Shown: positions 17,325-26,611 of the stretch, in pieces
Numbering within the stretch: position 1 is the stretch's first letter
Layout of the letters: every line of letters starts with the position of its first letter
Virus record (IMG/VR): IMGVR_UViG_2728369608_000005
Source of the DNA: a virus
Taxonomy: Duplodnaviria; Heunggongvirae; Uroviricota; Caudoviricetes
Reading direction: 5' to 3' (one strand)
Length of the DNA: 36,144 bases
Notes under the pieces: generated by a model
Database searches by the model: none
What the model was told of the DNA's origin: nothing
What the model saw: the letters and a program-made list of their open reading frames with translations, nothing else
Translations under genes and position numbers: made by a program

Positions 17325-18173
17325 TTATCCTCTCAGTTCCTGCTGTGCCAGCGGTTGAAGCGTACCCTGATAGCGGGCAAGGTCGGGACGGTATGCAGCC
17401 CCCGGCGCATAAGACCAGCCGACGTCGGTGGCCACCTTCGTGGTGCCGGTATTGAAGGTAGCGACATTCTGCATCTCGCCTGTTTTCTCTGAGACCAGCT
17501 TCAGCTCCCATCCCATGGCTGAGCCAGAACCTGACACCTTCAGGCCACGGGCACGCACATCCGCCGCGCTCAGGGCAATCACGCCACAACGGCAGCGCCA
17601 GCCGTTCGGCGGGTAGAACGCCTGCCAGAACGGGTCATCATAGCGCAGCACCAGACCATGCAGCGCCAGATGGCTCTTGCGGGTATGGCTGTCGTTGATG
17701 CCGGTATACATCCAGTACGGCCTGTCGTCGACGTTCTCCATCTGCTCGGCCCAGCGACCGGCGCTGTAGAGTACGGACATATTGGTGCGAAAGATGGTGT
17801 CGAGCCGCCACGGGCTGCCCTGCTGGATGGTGACCGGCTCGCCCGTTACCGGGTCGGTGGTATCACGTGGCCCCCACCATCCCTTGCGCTGCAGCTCCGG
17901 CTCCAGCTCCTGCCGGAACCAGCGGCCTGTTTTTCCTTCATCGACAGCCTGCTGCAGTGCCCCGCGAATATCTTCCAGGATATCAAGGCGGGTCACTTTG
18001 GCGACGGTAAAGGCGCGGGCATGGGCATCCTGCCACATCTCCTCCCAGTCCCACGTGAAGCTATACCCTTTGGACTTCAGGTAACTGATAGCCCGTTTGG
18101 GGGGCAGCGTCATGCAGTACGCCAGTTCAGCCGTTGTCACGCTCATGCAGACGCCCCCAGACAGTTGCAACAA
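17325..18173 (-). CDS. Head morphogenesis protein (Mu F / gp30-like)
   Basis: 282 aa following the portal gene. Confidence 0.75.
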   Translation of the reverse strand: MLQLSGGVCMSVTTAELAYCMTLPPKRAISYLKSKGYSFTWDWEEMWQDAHARAFTVAKVTRLDILEDIRGALQQAVDEGKTGRWFRQELEPELQRKGWWGPRDTTDPVTGEPVTIQQGSPWRLDTIFRTNMSVLYSAGRWAEQMENVDDRPYWMYTGINDSHTRKSHLALHGLVLRYDDPFWQAFYPPNGWRCRCGVIALSAADVRARGLKVSGSGSAMGWELKLVSEKTGEMQNVATFNTGTTKVATDVGWSYAPGAAYRPDLARYQGTLQPLAQQELRG

Positions 18174-19623
18174 ACATAATCCGTGCCAGCCGTTCCTGCA
18201 GGTCTTCAGCGTTCATCTGCGGGTACAGCTCGGCCAGTTCGCCCAGCAGCTCAGACGGATTGACGCCATCTTCAACCCGCTTAAACAGAGGAGCCAGTAC
18301 GGGTTCCAGCGTGCCATTTAACGCGCCTCCGTTCATCAGAATATCCAGCGCGTCGTCCAGGGCCTGCTGTGCCTGAATATCGGCATCAATCGCCTCGGCA
18401 AATGACAGCGGCAGCATGTTCTTCTGGCGTTCTGACGGTGGTGTCTCGTCAATATCACCGTCCTGCAGCTGGTACTCACGCTTGAAGTATTGCGGGGTGA
18501 AGACCACACCGGCACGGCTGAGTTTCTCGTCGCGGGTTGCCTGGGTATCGTCGACCGTTCCCTGTTCCCACATCTTCCAGACGGGGCTGGCCACATCGCC
18601 AAAGTTCATTGATACCGCCATCCTGATGGCCTGATTCACCGCGCTTTCCACGATATCAGCGTCAGCGTCACGGATATCATCGGTGACTTCCAGTCCGGCC
18701 TGCGCGGAGGCGCGGTTACTGTTGGCCTCGGTGGTCTGGTTCTGCCCCAGCAGGGCGATGGAGATTTCACTGCGGGCAAGCGTGATCAGGTTCTGATAAA
18801 TATCGCTGCTGTCGGCCTTGCCTGCGGCCTCCTTAATTTCAATGGAGGAATCGTCGGGGATAGCGGCCACCGCGTCTTCCACCATTGCCTCCATGGAATC
18901 CAGCAGCAGGTCAATCTCACCCTGAGCGGTACCGCGCGGATGCTTGCCGATAACCCACGGTGAGCCATATTTCTCGGCAAAGCGCACCCAGAACTTCATG
19001 CCGCCTTTTTTGAAGGTCACGGGCCAGAAGCACATCGACAGGTCAGGGAAGCCATACGGGTTATCGTAGGTCGCGTCCTGACGCGGTACCACAAACTTGT
19101 TCAGCGGTACCGGCTCGCCTTCCAGCCCGGCGTCCTTGGCGCGAAAGCGCAGCAGGTTGTCGTTGTCGAACTGGAACCACTCAGGGGGTTTACCTACGAT
19201 ATCGGCAATGGCCCAGGATTTAACAGAGCGTCCCCACATGATCTCACAGGGCTGATACCCGTAGAGAACGGCGTCGGTCATCTCGCCGATGATGCGGGAC
19301 AGATCCAGATCGTCGAGCATATCCCGGATGAAGCTGAATACCCGCGCCGGGGCATGACCACGTTCAAGACCGCGCTCCAGCGATTTGACCGCCGCCTTAC
19401 GCCTGCGGATGCAGCCACCGACCAGCGGGTCGGTACGCAGCTCGCGATAGATGCGGATATCCCGGCCCTGAGATTTCAGAATGGGGTCAGGGTTAGGCAG
19501 GTACATCCCCAGCCCGAAGAAGTCGATGGAACGGCTGCGCGAGGCGATCTGCTCCGTCAGTGTTTTATTAGGTTCGGCAAATTTGACGAACTCACTGGGT
19601 GAAACCCAGAGTCCACGGGCCAT
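18127..19623 (-). CDS. Portal protein (Mu gp29-like)
   Basis: 498 aa directly after large terminase. Confidence 0.8.
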   Translation of the reverse strand: MARGLWVSPSEFVKFAEPNKTLTEQIASRSRSIDFFGLGMYLPNPDPILKSQGRDIRIYRELRTDPLVGGCIRRRKAAVKSLERGLERGHAPARVFSFIRDMLDDLDLSRIIGEMTDAVLYGYQPCEIMWGRSVKSWAIADIVGKPPEWFQFDNDNLLRFRAKDAGLEGEPVPLNKFVVPRQDATYDNPYGFPDLSMCFWPVTFKKGGMKFWVRFAEKYGSPWVIGKHPRGTAQGEIDLLLDSMEAMVEDAVAAIPDDSSIEIKEAAGKADSSDIYQNLITLARSEISIALLGQNQTTEANSNRASAQAGLEVTDDIRDADADIVESAVNQAIRMAVSMNFGDVASPVWKMWEQGTVDDTQATRDEKLSRAGVVFTPQYFKREYQLQDGDIDETPPSERQKNMLPLSFAEAIDADIQAQQALDDALDILMNGGALNGTLEPVLAPLFKRVEDGVNPSELLGELAELYPQMNAEDLQERLARIMFVATVWGRLHERDNG

Positions 19624-21146
19624 CAGTAATCCTCCAGCATACGGGCCGCCTGACGACGACGGCGTGAGCTTGCCTTCACCGGCCCTTTGTTAATTTCACG
19701 ACTGGCGAAGTACGCCAGCGCCAGTGCGATGGCTGAATCCCCGTGACGCTTGCCACTGTCAGACTTCGCTTTTGAGCGCTGTTCCGGCACGCGGGGAACG
19801 CCGTTTACCACCTGAACGGCCCGCAGGTCATCCAGCGTATCTTCATCCTTCGGTAAATCCACCAGGTTGCCATCTTCCAGCGCAGCCTTGACCGGCGGCA
19901 TATGCTCGCGATACCAGTTTTCAGTTGGCATCACCTGCTTAACCCGGCTGGAGCCGTAGCGCTGCATGGCGTATTCGGCGAGGTAAGAGCCGTTACCACG
20001 GGCATCAAGCGCCGCGCCCATCAGGTTTGGCAGGCCGTCCATCAGGTACCAGGCGATTTGCTCCTGCTGTTTGAACGGCACGTTGCGCAGCTCCAGCACG
20101 AACGGCACGCGGCGAACCAGGTTCTTCTCCTGCAGCAGGGGATAGTCCACCGACAGGTCACCGCTGCGGCCAAAGTCGCGACCCAGGAAAGAACGTGCGT
20201 CAGCGGGGAGCGCCTCCAGCAACGGTTTCAGATGTGTATCAAGCCACTCCTGCGTCTCGCTCCAGCGGACATCATCGGGCTTCAGCTCGTAACCCTCCGG
20301 GCAGGTCAGACGCAACACCGGCGTGCCAGCCGACATACGGGACTCAATCAGGGCGCGGGACAGCCAGGCTCCGCCACCGTTGGCCGGAACACAGTCAAGC
20401 TCCTCCGATGCACCGGCACCGTAGAATTTGTACACCGATGCCATCCACGCCTGCTCGGATGCTTCCGACCATTCTTTCCCGGTACGCAGGCAGACGCGGT
20501 GGAACAGCCCTTGGGACACAGCCTCCTGAAAAGTAATGCGATGTACGCTGCCCCCCTGACGCCCGGCCCGGATATCACCGATAAGCGTATTGAACGGGTT
20601 ATCGTCACCGTCATGGGTGGAGATAACGCGCACTTTACCGCCCCAGATAAGCATCGCCAGCGCCGCCTTCAGCAGTTCGTCCAGTTGCTCATGGAACGCC
20701 GCTTCGTCGATAACGATGATGCCCTGACGGCCACGCAGGTTAGACGGACGGCTGGAGAGCGCGACAACGCGGAAGCCGGAGTCAGGGAATTTGATGGTGT
20801 AGGTCTTGATATGCTTGTCGTCTTCGTCCTCTTCCCAGAAACCCTCTTCGATTTCACTGGCGGCATAGTTGAATGCCCGCGCCCACATCGCACACGCCTG
20901 GATATATTCGACGGTCATGTCCTGGTTATAGGCGATGTAATACACGTTCATCCCACCCGCAGGGGCTGAAGAGGCTGCGGTCAGCACGTCATCGGACGCC
21001 TCAGCCCAGGTGATACCGGTTCGGCGGCTCTTCTCAATCACCTTGAGCGGAGACGTGTCAGCCACCCAGCGCTGCTGGTAGGGCATCAGAACGGCGGGGA
21101 TATCCAGCGCCGAGGTGTCAGGCAAAACAGGAGCAAGCTGGCTCAT
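19623..21146 (-). CDS. Terminase large subunit (Mu gp28-like)
   Basis: 507 aa with nuclease-like acidic motifs, upstream of portal. Confidence 0.8.
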   Translation of the reverse strand: MSQLAPVLPDTSALDIPAVLMPYQQRWVADTSPLKVIEKSRRTGITWAEASDDVLTAASSAPAGGMNVYYIAYNQDMTVEYIQACAMWARAFNYAASEIEEGFWEEDEDDKHIKTYTIKFPDSGFRVVALSSRPSNLRGRQGIIVIDEAAFHEQLDELLKAALAMLIWGGKVRVISTHDGDDNPFNTLIGDIRAGRQGGSVHRITFQEAVSQGLFHRVCLRTGKEWSEASEQAWMASVYKFYGAGASEELDCVPANGGGAWLSRALIESRMSAGTPVLRLTCPEGYELKPDDVRWSETQEWLDTHLKPLLEALPADARSFLGRDFGRSGDLSVDYPLLQEKNLVRRVPFVLELRNVPFKQQEQIAWYLMDGLPNLMGAALDARGNGSYLAEYAMQRYGSSRVKQVMPTENWYREHMPPVKAALEDGNLVDLPKDEDTLDDLRAVQVVNGVPRVPEQRSKAKSDSGKRHGDSAIALALAYFASREINKGPVKASSRRRRQAARMLEDY

Positions 21147-21691
21147 GAGGCAATCCCCAGAATTTCACGACGCAGCGCCTGTACCGCATCGGTTGACAGT
21201 CCACCCTTACGGGCAATTTTCTCGGCGTTGCTGGCCGCCTGCTGCGCTCTGGCCCGGACTTCAGACTGGAACTTCTTGAGGTTGACGGAAGCGCGGGACA
21301 GCGTGGCCACGTTCTTTGCCACCTTCGACAACAGCGCCACGCGCTCTTTGGGGTCGACTTCGCCTTCTTCCGCTTCCTGCAGCTGGACGATGCTCTCGAA
21401 CAGCTCGGTCTGAATCAGGGCGATCACCGCCTCCGAACGTGCATCCTGATCGTCAGCCGCACCTTCGGTCAGCATCCGGGCCGCTTCAGTGGCTGCACGG
21501 ATAGCGCCATAGCGGCGCTCAATCTTCTGGCCATAGCGATGGATAGCCGATTTGCTGATGACATAACCCTGCTCACGCAGCAGGGACTCCAGCTCGTTAT
21601 ACCCGCTGAAGCCGGATTCAGTCAGCGCCCGCTCAAGCCAGCGACGCACGTCTTCCGGCAGCTTTTCTATCGTGCTGCGTCTGGCCATCAT
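21143..21691 (-). CDS. Mu gp27-like protein (putative small terminase / DNA-binding)
   Basis: 182 aa, N-terminal motif EKLPEDVRRWLE...SKSAIHRY, directly upstream of large terminase. Confidence 0.65.
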   Translation of the reverse strand: MMARRSTIEKLPEDVRRWLERALTESGFSGYNELESLLREQGYVISKSAIHRYGQKIERRYGAIRAATEAARMLTEGAADDQDARSEAVIALIQTELFESIVQLQEAEEGEVDPKERVALLSKVAKNVATLSRASVNLKKFQSEVRARAQQAASNAEKIARKGGLSTDAVQALRREILGIAS

Positions 21692-21999
21692 TCACTCCAG
21701 TACTTTTCCGGGCGGGCGATGCCGGGGCCGCATTCCACGGTGTACTCAACCAGATCGACACCGAGGCGGGTCAGGTCGGCAAACCAGTCGCCGGAGGGTT
21801 TTTTCTCCAGATCAACCATTTTGCGATCAGCCAGATAATCCAGCTCACGGCGCAGTTCCAGCGGTGTGGTGTCCGGGTAGATGGCGCGGGACACGTCCAG
21901 CAGCAGCGTCTCGCTGGCGGTGTACGGGCGGGTTTTGTTCAGAGCAACCAGCAGACTCCAGCGCAGGGACTCCCGGCGCACGCGGGCGATATCAACCAT
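21688..21999 (-). CDS. Hypothetical late protein (gp26 position)
   Basis: 103 aa between the lysis cassette and the gp27-like gene. Confidence 0.5.
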   Translation of the reverse strand: MVDIARVRRESLRWSLLVALNKTRPYTASETLLLDVSRAIYPDTTPLELRRELDYLADRKMVDLEKKPSGDWFADLTRLGVDLVEYTVECGPGIARPEKYWSE

Positions 22000-22324
22000 T
22001 ACGACCTCCTGTATGGCGGTACTGCTGTACCAGTTCCAGTTTGTTGTAGAGCGCGTCCAGCTTGGCTTCGATGACCGTCTGGCCCCGGATATAATCCTCT
22101 CGGCGGACGTAGTTCAGCGGTAAATCCGCCTTAAACCGCATAAATTCTTTTTCCAGCTCGCCCCAGTTTGAGGCGGACTGCTGCAGCGACTGCTCAAGGG
22201 AGGCGAACCGCGCCGCCTGACGCTCTTCCGCTTTACTGAACAGCCATTTGGCTATGCCACCGACAAAGCTCATGAAGGTGATGAGGAAACCCACCACCGT
22301 CCAGAATTCAACCTGCAACGTCAT
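21992..22324 (-). CDS. Small membrane protein of the lysis cassette
   Basis: ATG at 22324 overlaps the upstream stop (ATGA); single N-terminal hydrophobic helix VVGFLITFMSFVGGIA. Confidence 0.5.
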   Translation of the reverse strand: MTLQVEFWTVVGFLITFMSFVGGIAKWLFSKAEERQAARFASLEQSLQQSASNWGELEKEFMRFKADLPLNYVRREDYIRGQTVIEAKLDALYNKLELVQQYRHTGGRNG

Positions 22325-22974
22325 TTCTGTAATCCTTCCCGTTCGTCCAGCAGACTGTTTATCTGGCTGCGCCAGCTGCGGCACTGCTTCGCGTTGTCGA
22401 TGATGTTGGCGAGGACGTCACGCTGAGAGATGCCTGAGTCGCGTAGCCAGGCGTCAGCGGTTTCAGGTCGCCCGGACGCTGCGCCAGTGCCGGTGCCAGC
22501 GGCGGCAGTTGCGTCTGAATGACCGGTGTCGACGGATGCGTTGTCATATCCGAGCGCGGCGTTGTACTGGCGCACGAAACCGCGAGTAAACACGCACTCA
22601 ATGGGATGGCTCTTACCTTTTTCATCAATCCAGCGCTGTGTGACATCGTTAATTTGCCCCTGTAGTTGTTTGTTCTGGCTCTCCAGTTGAGCAATCTGCT
22701 CAAGGTAACTGGCTTCAGCCTGCTGCCCGGCGGCTACCTGCTCCTGATACCGTTTTGCCCATGCTCGCAACGCAGCGTTCTCAAGCGTTGCCTGCTCCGT
22801 TTTGTATGTGTCGAATGCTGACTGCAACTCACTGATCGCCTTATCGCCGTCGCGCGTGGCGTTTTCATGCCCGCTTTTGTAGCCCAGGTAATAAAGTCCA
22901 ATCAGAAAAGCATTTATGAGCACTGCCAGCAGCAGACTGCGCCACGGCAGATTTTTTAGCAGGTTAGTCCACAC
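22321..22974 (-). CDS. i-spanin (Rz-like)
   Basis: 217 aa, N-terminal transmembrane helix then Q/A/E-rich coiled-coil region; downstream of endolysin. Confidence 0.6.
   Translation of the reverse strand: MWTNLLKNLPWRSLLLAVLINAFLIGLYYLGYKSGHENATRDGDKAISELQSAFDTYKTEQATLENAALRAWAKRYQEQVAAGQQAEASYLEQIAQLESQNKQLQGQINDVTQRWIDEKGKSHPIECVFTRGFVRQYNAALGYDNASVDTGHSDATAAAGTGTGAASGRPETADAWLRDSGISQRDVLANIIDNAKQCRSWRSQINSLLDEREGLQK
22359..22625 (-). CDS. Candidate embedded o-spanin (Rz1-like lipoprotein)
   Basis: ORF in a different frame inside the i-spanin gene: MKKVRAIPLSACLLAVSC lipobox-like signal followed by a Pro/Thr/Ser-rich tail. Confidence 0.4.
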   Translation of the reverse strand: MKKVRAIPLSACLLAVSCASTTPRSDMTTHPSTPVIQTQLPPLAPALAQRPGDLKPLTPGYATQASLSVTSSPTSSTTRSSAAAGAAR

Positions 22975-23692
22975 AGCTGCCGCCCCCCCATGTCAGATAA
23001 CGGGGGGCCAGTTCGTGCAGGATGCGCTGCGGATAATGACGGTTCTCCCGCCAGTTGGCAGTGCTGCGTCCGGCATTCACCGTGGCGACATGACCAAACC
23101 AGCGGGTGCTGTCCAGCCCCTGCTGCGAGGCCAGCCTCTTGTCCCGCTGTACCCAGCCCAGACCGCCGTTATAGCCCGACAGCGTCATGGCCATACGCTC
23201 GCAGCCGTTGGCGGCGCTGACGCGCTGCCACAGCCAGCGGTCATAACTGACCAGCGCCCGGATGGCCCATGCCGGATTAAACGGCTCACGGCTGTTAAGC
23301 CCCGGCATCAGCTGGCTTATCCAGTCGGCGGTGGCGGGCATAAACTGGGCCAGCCCCTGAGCGCCAGCCGGCGAGACCGCATCAGGTCGCCAGCCGCTTT
23401 CCTGATGCAGTTGCGCGGCGAAATCGGCCACTGGCGCAGACAGTCCCCATTCAAGCCGGGCATTACGGATCACATCATCGCGATACTGCAGCGCAGCCTG
23501 CGGAGGCTGCGCTGCGCGGGCCTGACTGAAGAAGCCGCCACACCAGAGCAGCCAGACAATCACCAGGTTGCCAGCAAGCTGCCACCAGAAGCTGTATTTA
23601 TCGTTACGTGGTTCTCCGTGTCTGATGGCGGTTACGCCCAGACCAAAGGCAAGCAGGATGATGAGGGTGATTTGAGGCCAGTTCATGGTCAC
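22964..23692 (-). CDS. Endolysin, lytic-transglycosylase (SLT) type with N-terminal hydrophobic segments
   Basis: SLT motif ESGWRPDAVSPAGAQGLAQFMP; two N-terminal hydrophobic stretches. Confidence 0.75.
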   Translation of the reverse strand: MTMNWPQITLIILLAFGLGVTAIRHGEPRNDKYSFWWQLAGNLVIVWLLWCGGFFSQARAAQPPQAALQYRDDVIRNARLEWGLSAPVADFAAQLHQESGWRPDAVSPAGAQGLAQFMPATADWISQLMPGLNSREPFNPAWAIRALVSYDRWLWQRVSAANGCERMAMTLSGYNGGLGWVQRDKRLASQQGLDSTRWFGHVATVNAGRSTANWRENRHYPQRILHELAPRYLTWGGGSCVD

Positions 23693-24039
23693 AGTCCTGT
23701 TGCCACAGCCAGACAGACCGCTGCAACAATCAGTGCACGGCGGATTAACGCAGCAGAAAATACAAGGTGAAGGCCGGTCTGCACAGGGAAGCGACCATCA
23801 GCCATCAGCCTGTCATCATGCTTCAGGTACTGACCGGGACGGGCTTTGGGGAAAAGCGAACGGTCAAGCCAGTAGCCCAATACTGCCGCCAGCGTGATGA
23901 GTGACAGCTTGTAGACAACCACCGGCAGCTGCTGGGGCGATACCAGACCGATGGTGCCGAGCAGCAGCACTGAGGTCAGCAGCCAGCCGCTGAGACGTGG
24001 CTTTTTAACAGGGGGAATGAATTTTTTCAGGTTTTTCAT
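23689..24039 (-). CDS. Holin-like membrane protein
   Basis: 116 aa with 2-3 predicted transmembrane helices, first gene of the late arm; AAGGAG Shine-Dalgarno 5 nt upstream. Confidence 0.6.
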   Translation of the reverse strand: MKNLKKFIPPVKKPRLSGWLLTSVLLLGTIGLVSPQQLPVVVYKLSLITLAAVLGYWLDRSLFPKARPGQYLKHDDRLMADGRFPVQTGLHLVFSAALIRRALIVAAVCLAVATGL

Positions 24040-24170
24040 GGGTGTCTCCTTGTTGTGTGGGAGACAGCATCACAAATGTGGCGGGATACGGATTTTAAAG
24101 CGCGTTATAAGTGTTCGCAGAGGGAAGCGGCCAGAATGGTGGCACACAAAACACAGGGGAGGCAAGCACG

Positions 24171-24494
24171 ATGACTGAACCGAAACAGACCGGTCTTAAA
24201 AAAGGGTTCCTCTTTGGGATCAGAACCGGAGAGCAGAATAAAACTTACACGCTAAGCGTGGATGCCAGTTGCCCAACCGAGGCGATTGCAGAACTGAGAA
24301 ACGCGCTGACGGCGCTTGAAACGCGAAGCAGCCATTTCGCCAGCGGAGAAAACAACGTCATGATGATTGGCAATGTGGCGGCGACATCACGATATAAAGC
24401 CGTACCTAATCCTACTACTCAGTTATCCGGCGACCAACGAAGACTGGAAGCGGAATCAGCAGTTCCCAGAACGGTTCTTCCTCACCAGTCTTAA
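24171..24494 (+). CDS. Hypothetical small protein (108 aa)
   Basis: ATG preceded by GGGGAGG at 8-nt spacing; divergent from the holin; last 80 bp overlap the 188-aa gene. Confidence 0.3.
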   Translation: MTEPKQTGLKKGFLFGIRTGEQNKTYTLSVDASCPTEAIAELRNALTALETRSSHFASGENNVMMIGNVAATSRYKAVPNPTTQLSGDQRRLEAESAVPRTVLPHQS

Positions 24495-24981
24495 CCGGGG
24501 CCGCTTCTCCCGCCCAGTAAAGCCAGGCCCGGTGATATAATTCCAGCACCGGGCAATCACTGTTCAATAACCTCATATCTCCGCGATGCACCGGCTCATC
24601 TGTGATTACTTCATATATCGGTGCCGTTCTGATTTCGTCTTCGCCTCTCTCATCGGCCAGTAATGCCCGGAACTTCCTGACTTCACTCAGATGCTGACAG
24701 GCAAACAGTGACTGATAGCGGGAAGGTTTGTCAGGAAAATGGCTACGGCGAACTAACTCAAACACCAGACCGACCAGCAGACTTCTGCTGACTCCACTGT
24801 CATCTTCCATTTTAGGGCCGGGGTTATAGAGATAGTTATGACCGTGCTTGGAAAGACCATCGGGATACATCTGATGAAGGAAAGCGGCCAGCTCCGGCGC
24901 TTCAGGTTCGTATTTTCCGGTAATTACATGGCAAGGCGAAGGCAGACGATTAGCGGAATCAAGTGTGTAATACGTTCCCAT
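24415..24981 (-). CDS. Hypothetical protein (188 aa), unknown function
   Basis: ATG-initiated ORF immediately upstream of the lysis/late arm; no family recognised. Confidence 0.55.
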   Translation of the reverse strand: MGTYYTLDSANRLPSPCHVITGKYEPEAPELAAFLHQMYPDGLSKHGHNYLYNPGPKMEDDSGVSRSLLVGLVFELVRRSHFPDKPSRYQSLFACQHLSEVRKFRALLADERGEDEIRTAPIYEVITDEPVHRGDMRLLNSDCPVLELYHRAWLYWAGEAAPVKTGEEEPFWELLIPLPVFVGRRITE

Positions 24982-25224
24982 TCAGAAAACAATCCTTATC
25001 GAACAAACACTGCACGTAGGTAACACATCCAGTAAATCGCGTTAATAGAAAACAGTTATCCATAAGCCTCATCCTGACAATGAAAGAACGACCAGCCCGG
25101 TGCGGTAACACCAGGCTGGTCATCAACCCACAGGTATGCACTGTGAGCCGACCAGGGTTCAGTCAGTCTCGCGAGACCAGACTAGCCTGCCATATTTTCA
25201 CTGATTGCAAAAGGCTTACGGATA

Positions 25225-25995
25225 ATGAAAGAACAATCTTTACCCATCGTTCCATGGATTGGCGGCAAACGTCGTCTGGCTAAGCATATTCTGCCGCTGT
25301 TCCCGGCCCATACCTGCTATGTGGAGCCGTTCTGTGGGGCCGCTGCGCTCTATTTTCTTAAGACACCCAGCAAGACCGAAGTCATTAACGATATCAACGG
25401 GGAACTGGTGAACCTCTATCGGGTGGTCAAGCATCATCTGGAAGAATTTGTTCGCCAGTTCAAATGGGCGCTGGTCAGCCGTCAGATTTACAAATGGTTG
25501 CAGGATACGCCGGAAGAAACTCTCACCGACATTCAGCGGGCGGCCCGGTTCTACTACCTGCAGAAACAGGCGTTTGGCGGCAAGGTGGCCGATCACTCGT
25601 TCGGAACCTCCACCACAAGTGCGCCGCGCTTTAACCTCCTGCGCATCGAAGAAGAACTGTCGATGGCACACCTGCGCCTGTCGAGAACGCTGATAGAGCA
25701 TCTGGACTGGCACCAGTGCATAGAGCGATATGATCGCCCGCATACGCTGTTCTACTGTGACCCACCATACTGGGGAACAGAGGGCTATGGTGTGGAGTTC
25801 GGGCTGGAAAACTATGATCACATGGCAGATTTAGCGCGAAGGATCAAAGGGAAGATGATTATATCAGTGAACGATATCCCGGAAATGCGGCAGGTATTCA
25901 ACGGTCTGAACATGCAGTCGGTTGATATCAGCTACAACCTTAAGGTAACAGGTAAACCCAGCCCGAAGAAAGAGCTGGTAATTTGTAATTTTTGA
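25225..25995 (+). CDS. DNA adenine methyltransferase, Dam family, no adjacent restriction gene
   Basis: N-terminal PWIGGKRRL and FCGAAALYF motifs and catalytic DPPY (FYCDPPYWGT). Confidence 0.85.
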   Translation: MKEQSLPIVPWIGGKRRLAKHILPLFPAHTCYVEPFCGAAALYFLKTPSKTEVINDINGELVNLYRVVKHHLEEFVRQFKWALVSRQIYKWLQDTPEETLTDIQRAARFYYLQKQAFGGKVADHSFGTSTTSAPRFNLLRIEEELSMAHLRLSRTLIEHLDWHQCIERYDRPHTLFYCDPPYWGTEGYGVEFGLENYDHMADLARRIKGKMIISVNDIPEMRQVFNGLNMQSVDISYNLKVTGKPSPKKELVICNF

Positions 25996-26008
25996 AAGAG
26001 GTAGTTAA

Positions 26009-26036
26009 AGGTGGTGGTGCATCTGCAGCACCACCT
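26009..26036. terminator. Hairpin between convergent Dam and lipoprotein genes (possible bidirectional terminator)
   Basis: AGGTGGTGGTGCA / TGCAGCACCACCT, 13-bp stem with one mismatch; weak T-tracts on both sides. Confidence 0.4.
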
Positions 26037-26042
26037 AAACAT

Positions 26043-26576
26043 TTAATCCTGCCTTGGACAAGTCCAATAATCATTATCTGGCTCTGGTGAATAAGCTTTC
26101 AAACAACCTGCTCGCGGGGTCTTACCATCATCTGTCATAGGAACTTTTTCCTTATCAAGTTTCACGGTCAGGTCTCCACCAGGAACATCCGTTTTATCGA
26201 AAAAAACAGCCTGACATGCTGATTTAGATATTTTCACTTCGTGGGCATTATTTGATATGAACAAATAACAATTATGACCAGAGGCTATGTAGTCACTTGG
26301 AATATTATTTTCGTCTTTAATATGAAACTGCACCGTTGTCACCGGGCGTTCGCTATCCTCGGATACTTCGACTTTTTCAAAACTGTCCGCGTACTTATCC
26401 AGGCCGGGGAGTTGTTGGCGAATAAACGGTAATTCGCGATTTACAACCGGATTATCTGTTTCAACGCTAAAAACCGCGTGCTCCTTAGCTGTGGTGGACG
26501 TATCAGCAGGATCGGTATTATCTCCACACCCAGATAAAACAAATATCAACGGTAAAAATAATTTGCGCATAGTCAT
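26043..26576 (-). CDS. Lipoprotein moron (candidate lysogenic-conversion / superinfection-exclusion protein)
   Basis: Signal peptide with lipobox LSGC; gene visibly AT-rich versus surrounding phage DNA; 35 bp downstream of the repressor on the same strand. Second ATG at 26570 has better Shine-Dalgarno spacing. Confidence 0.75.
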   Translation of the reverse strand: MTMRKLFLPLIFVLSGCGDNTDPADTSTTAKEHAVFSVETDNPVVNRELPFIRQQLPGLDKYADSFEKVEVSEDSERPVTTVQFHIKDENNIPSDYIASGHNCYLFISNNAHEVKISKSACQAVFFDKTDVPGGDLTVKLDKEKVPMTDDGKTPRAGCLKAYSPEPDNDYWTCPRQD

Positions 26577-26611
26577 GTCCTTATACCTCTAATGTTCTTA
26601 ATAGGAACAGA

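Noticed and set aside
16864-17589. Long 241-aa form of the G-like gene
   Set aside because: The N-terminal 89 codons overlap the F gene and translate to Cys/Arg/His-rich junk; the internal ATG at 17322 gives a Mu G-sized protein with a good Shine-Dalgarno.
19902-20969. 355-aa plus-strand ORF antisense to the large terminase gene
   Set aside because: Arg/His/Gln-rich low-complexity translation typical of antisense frames in GC-rich genes.
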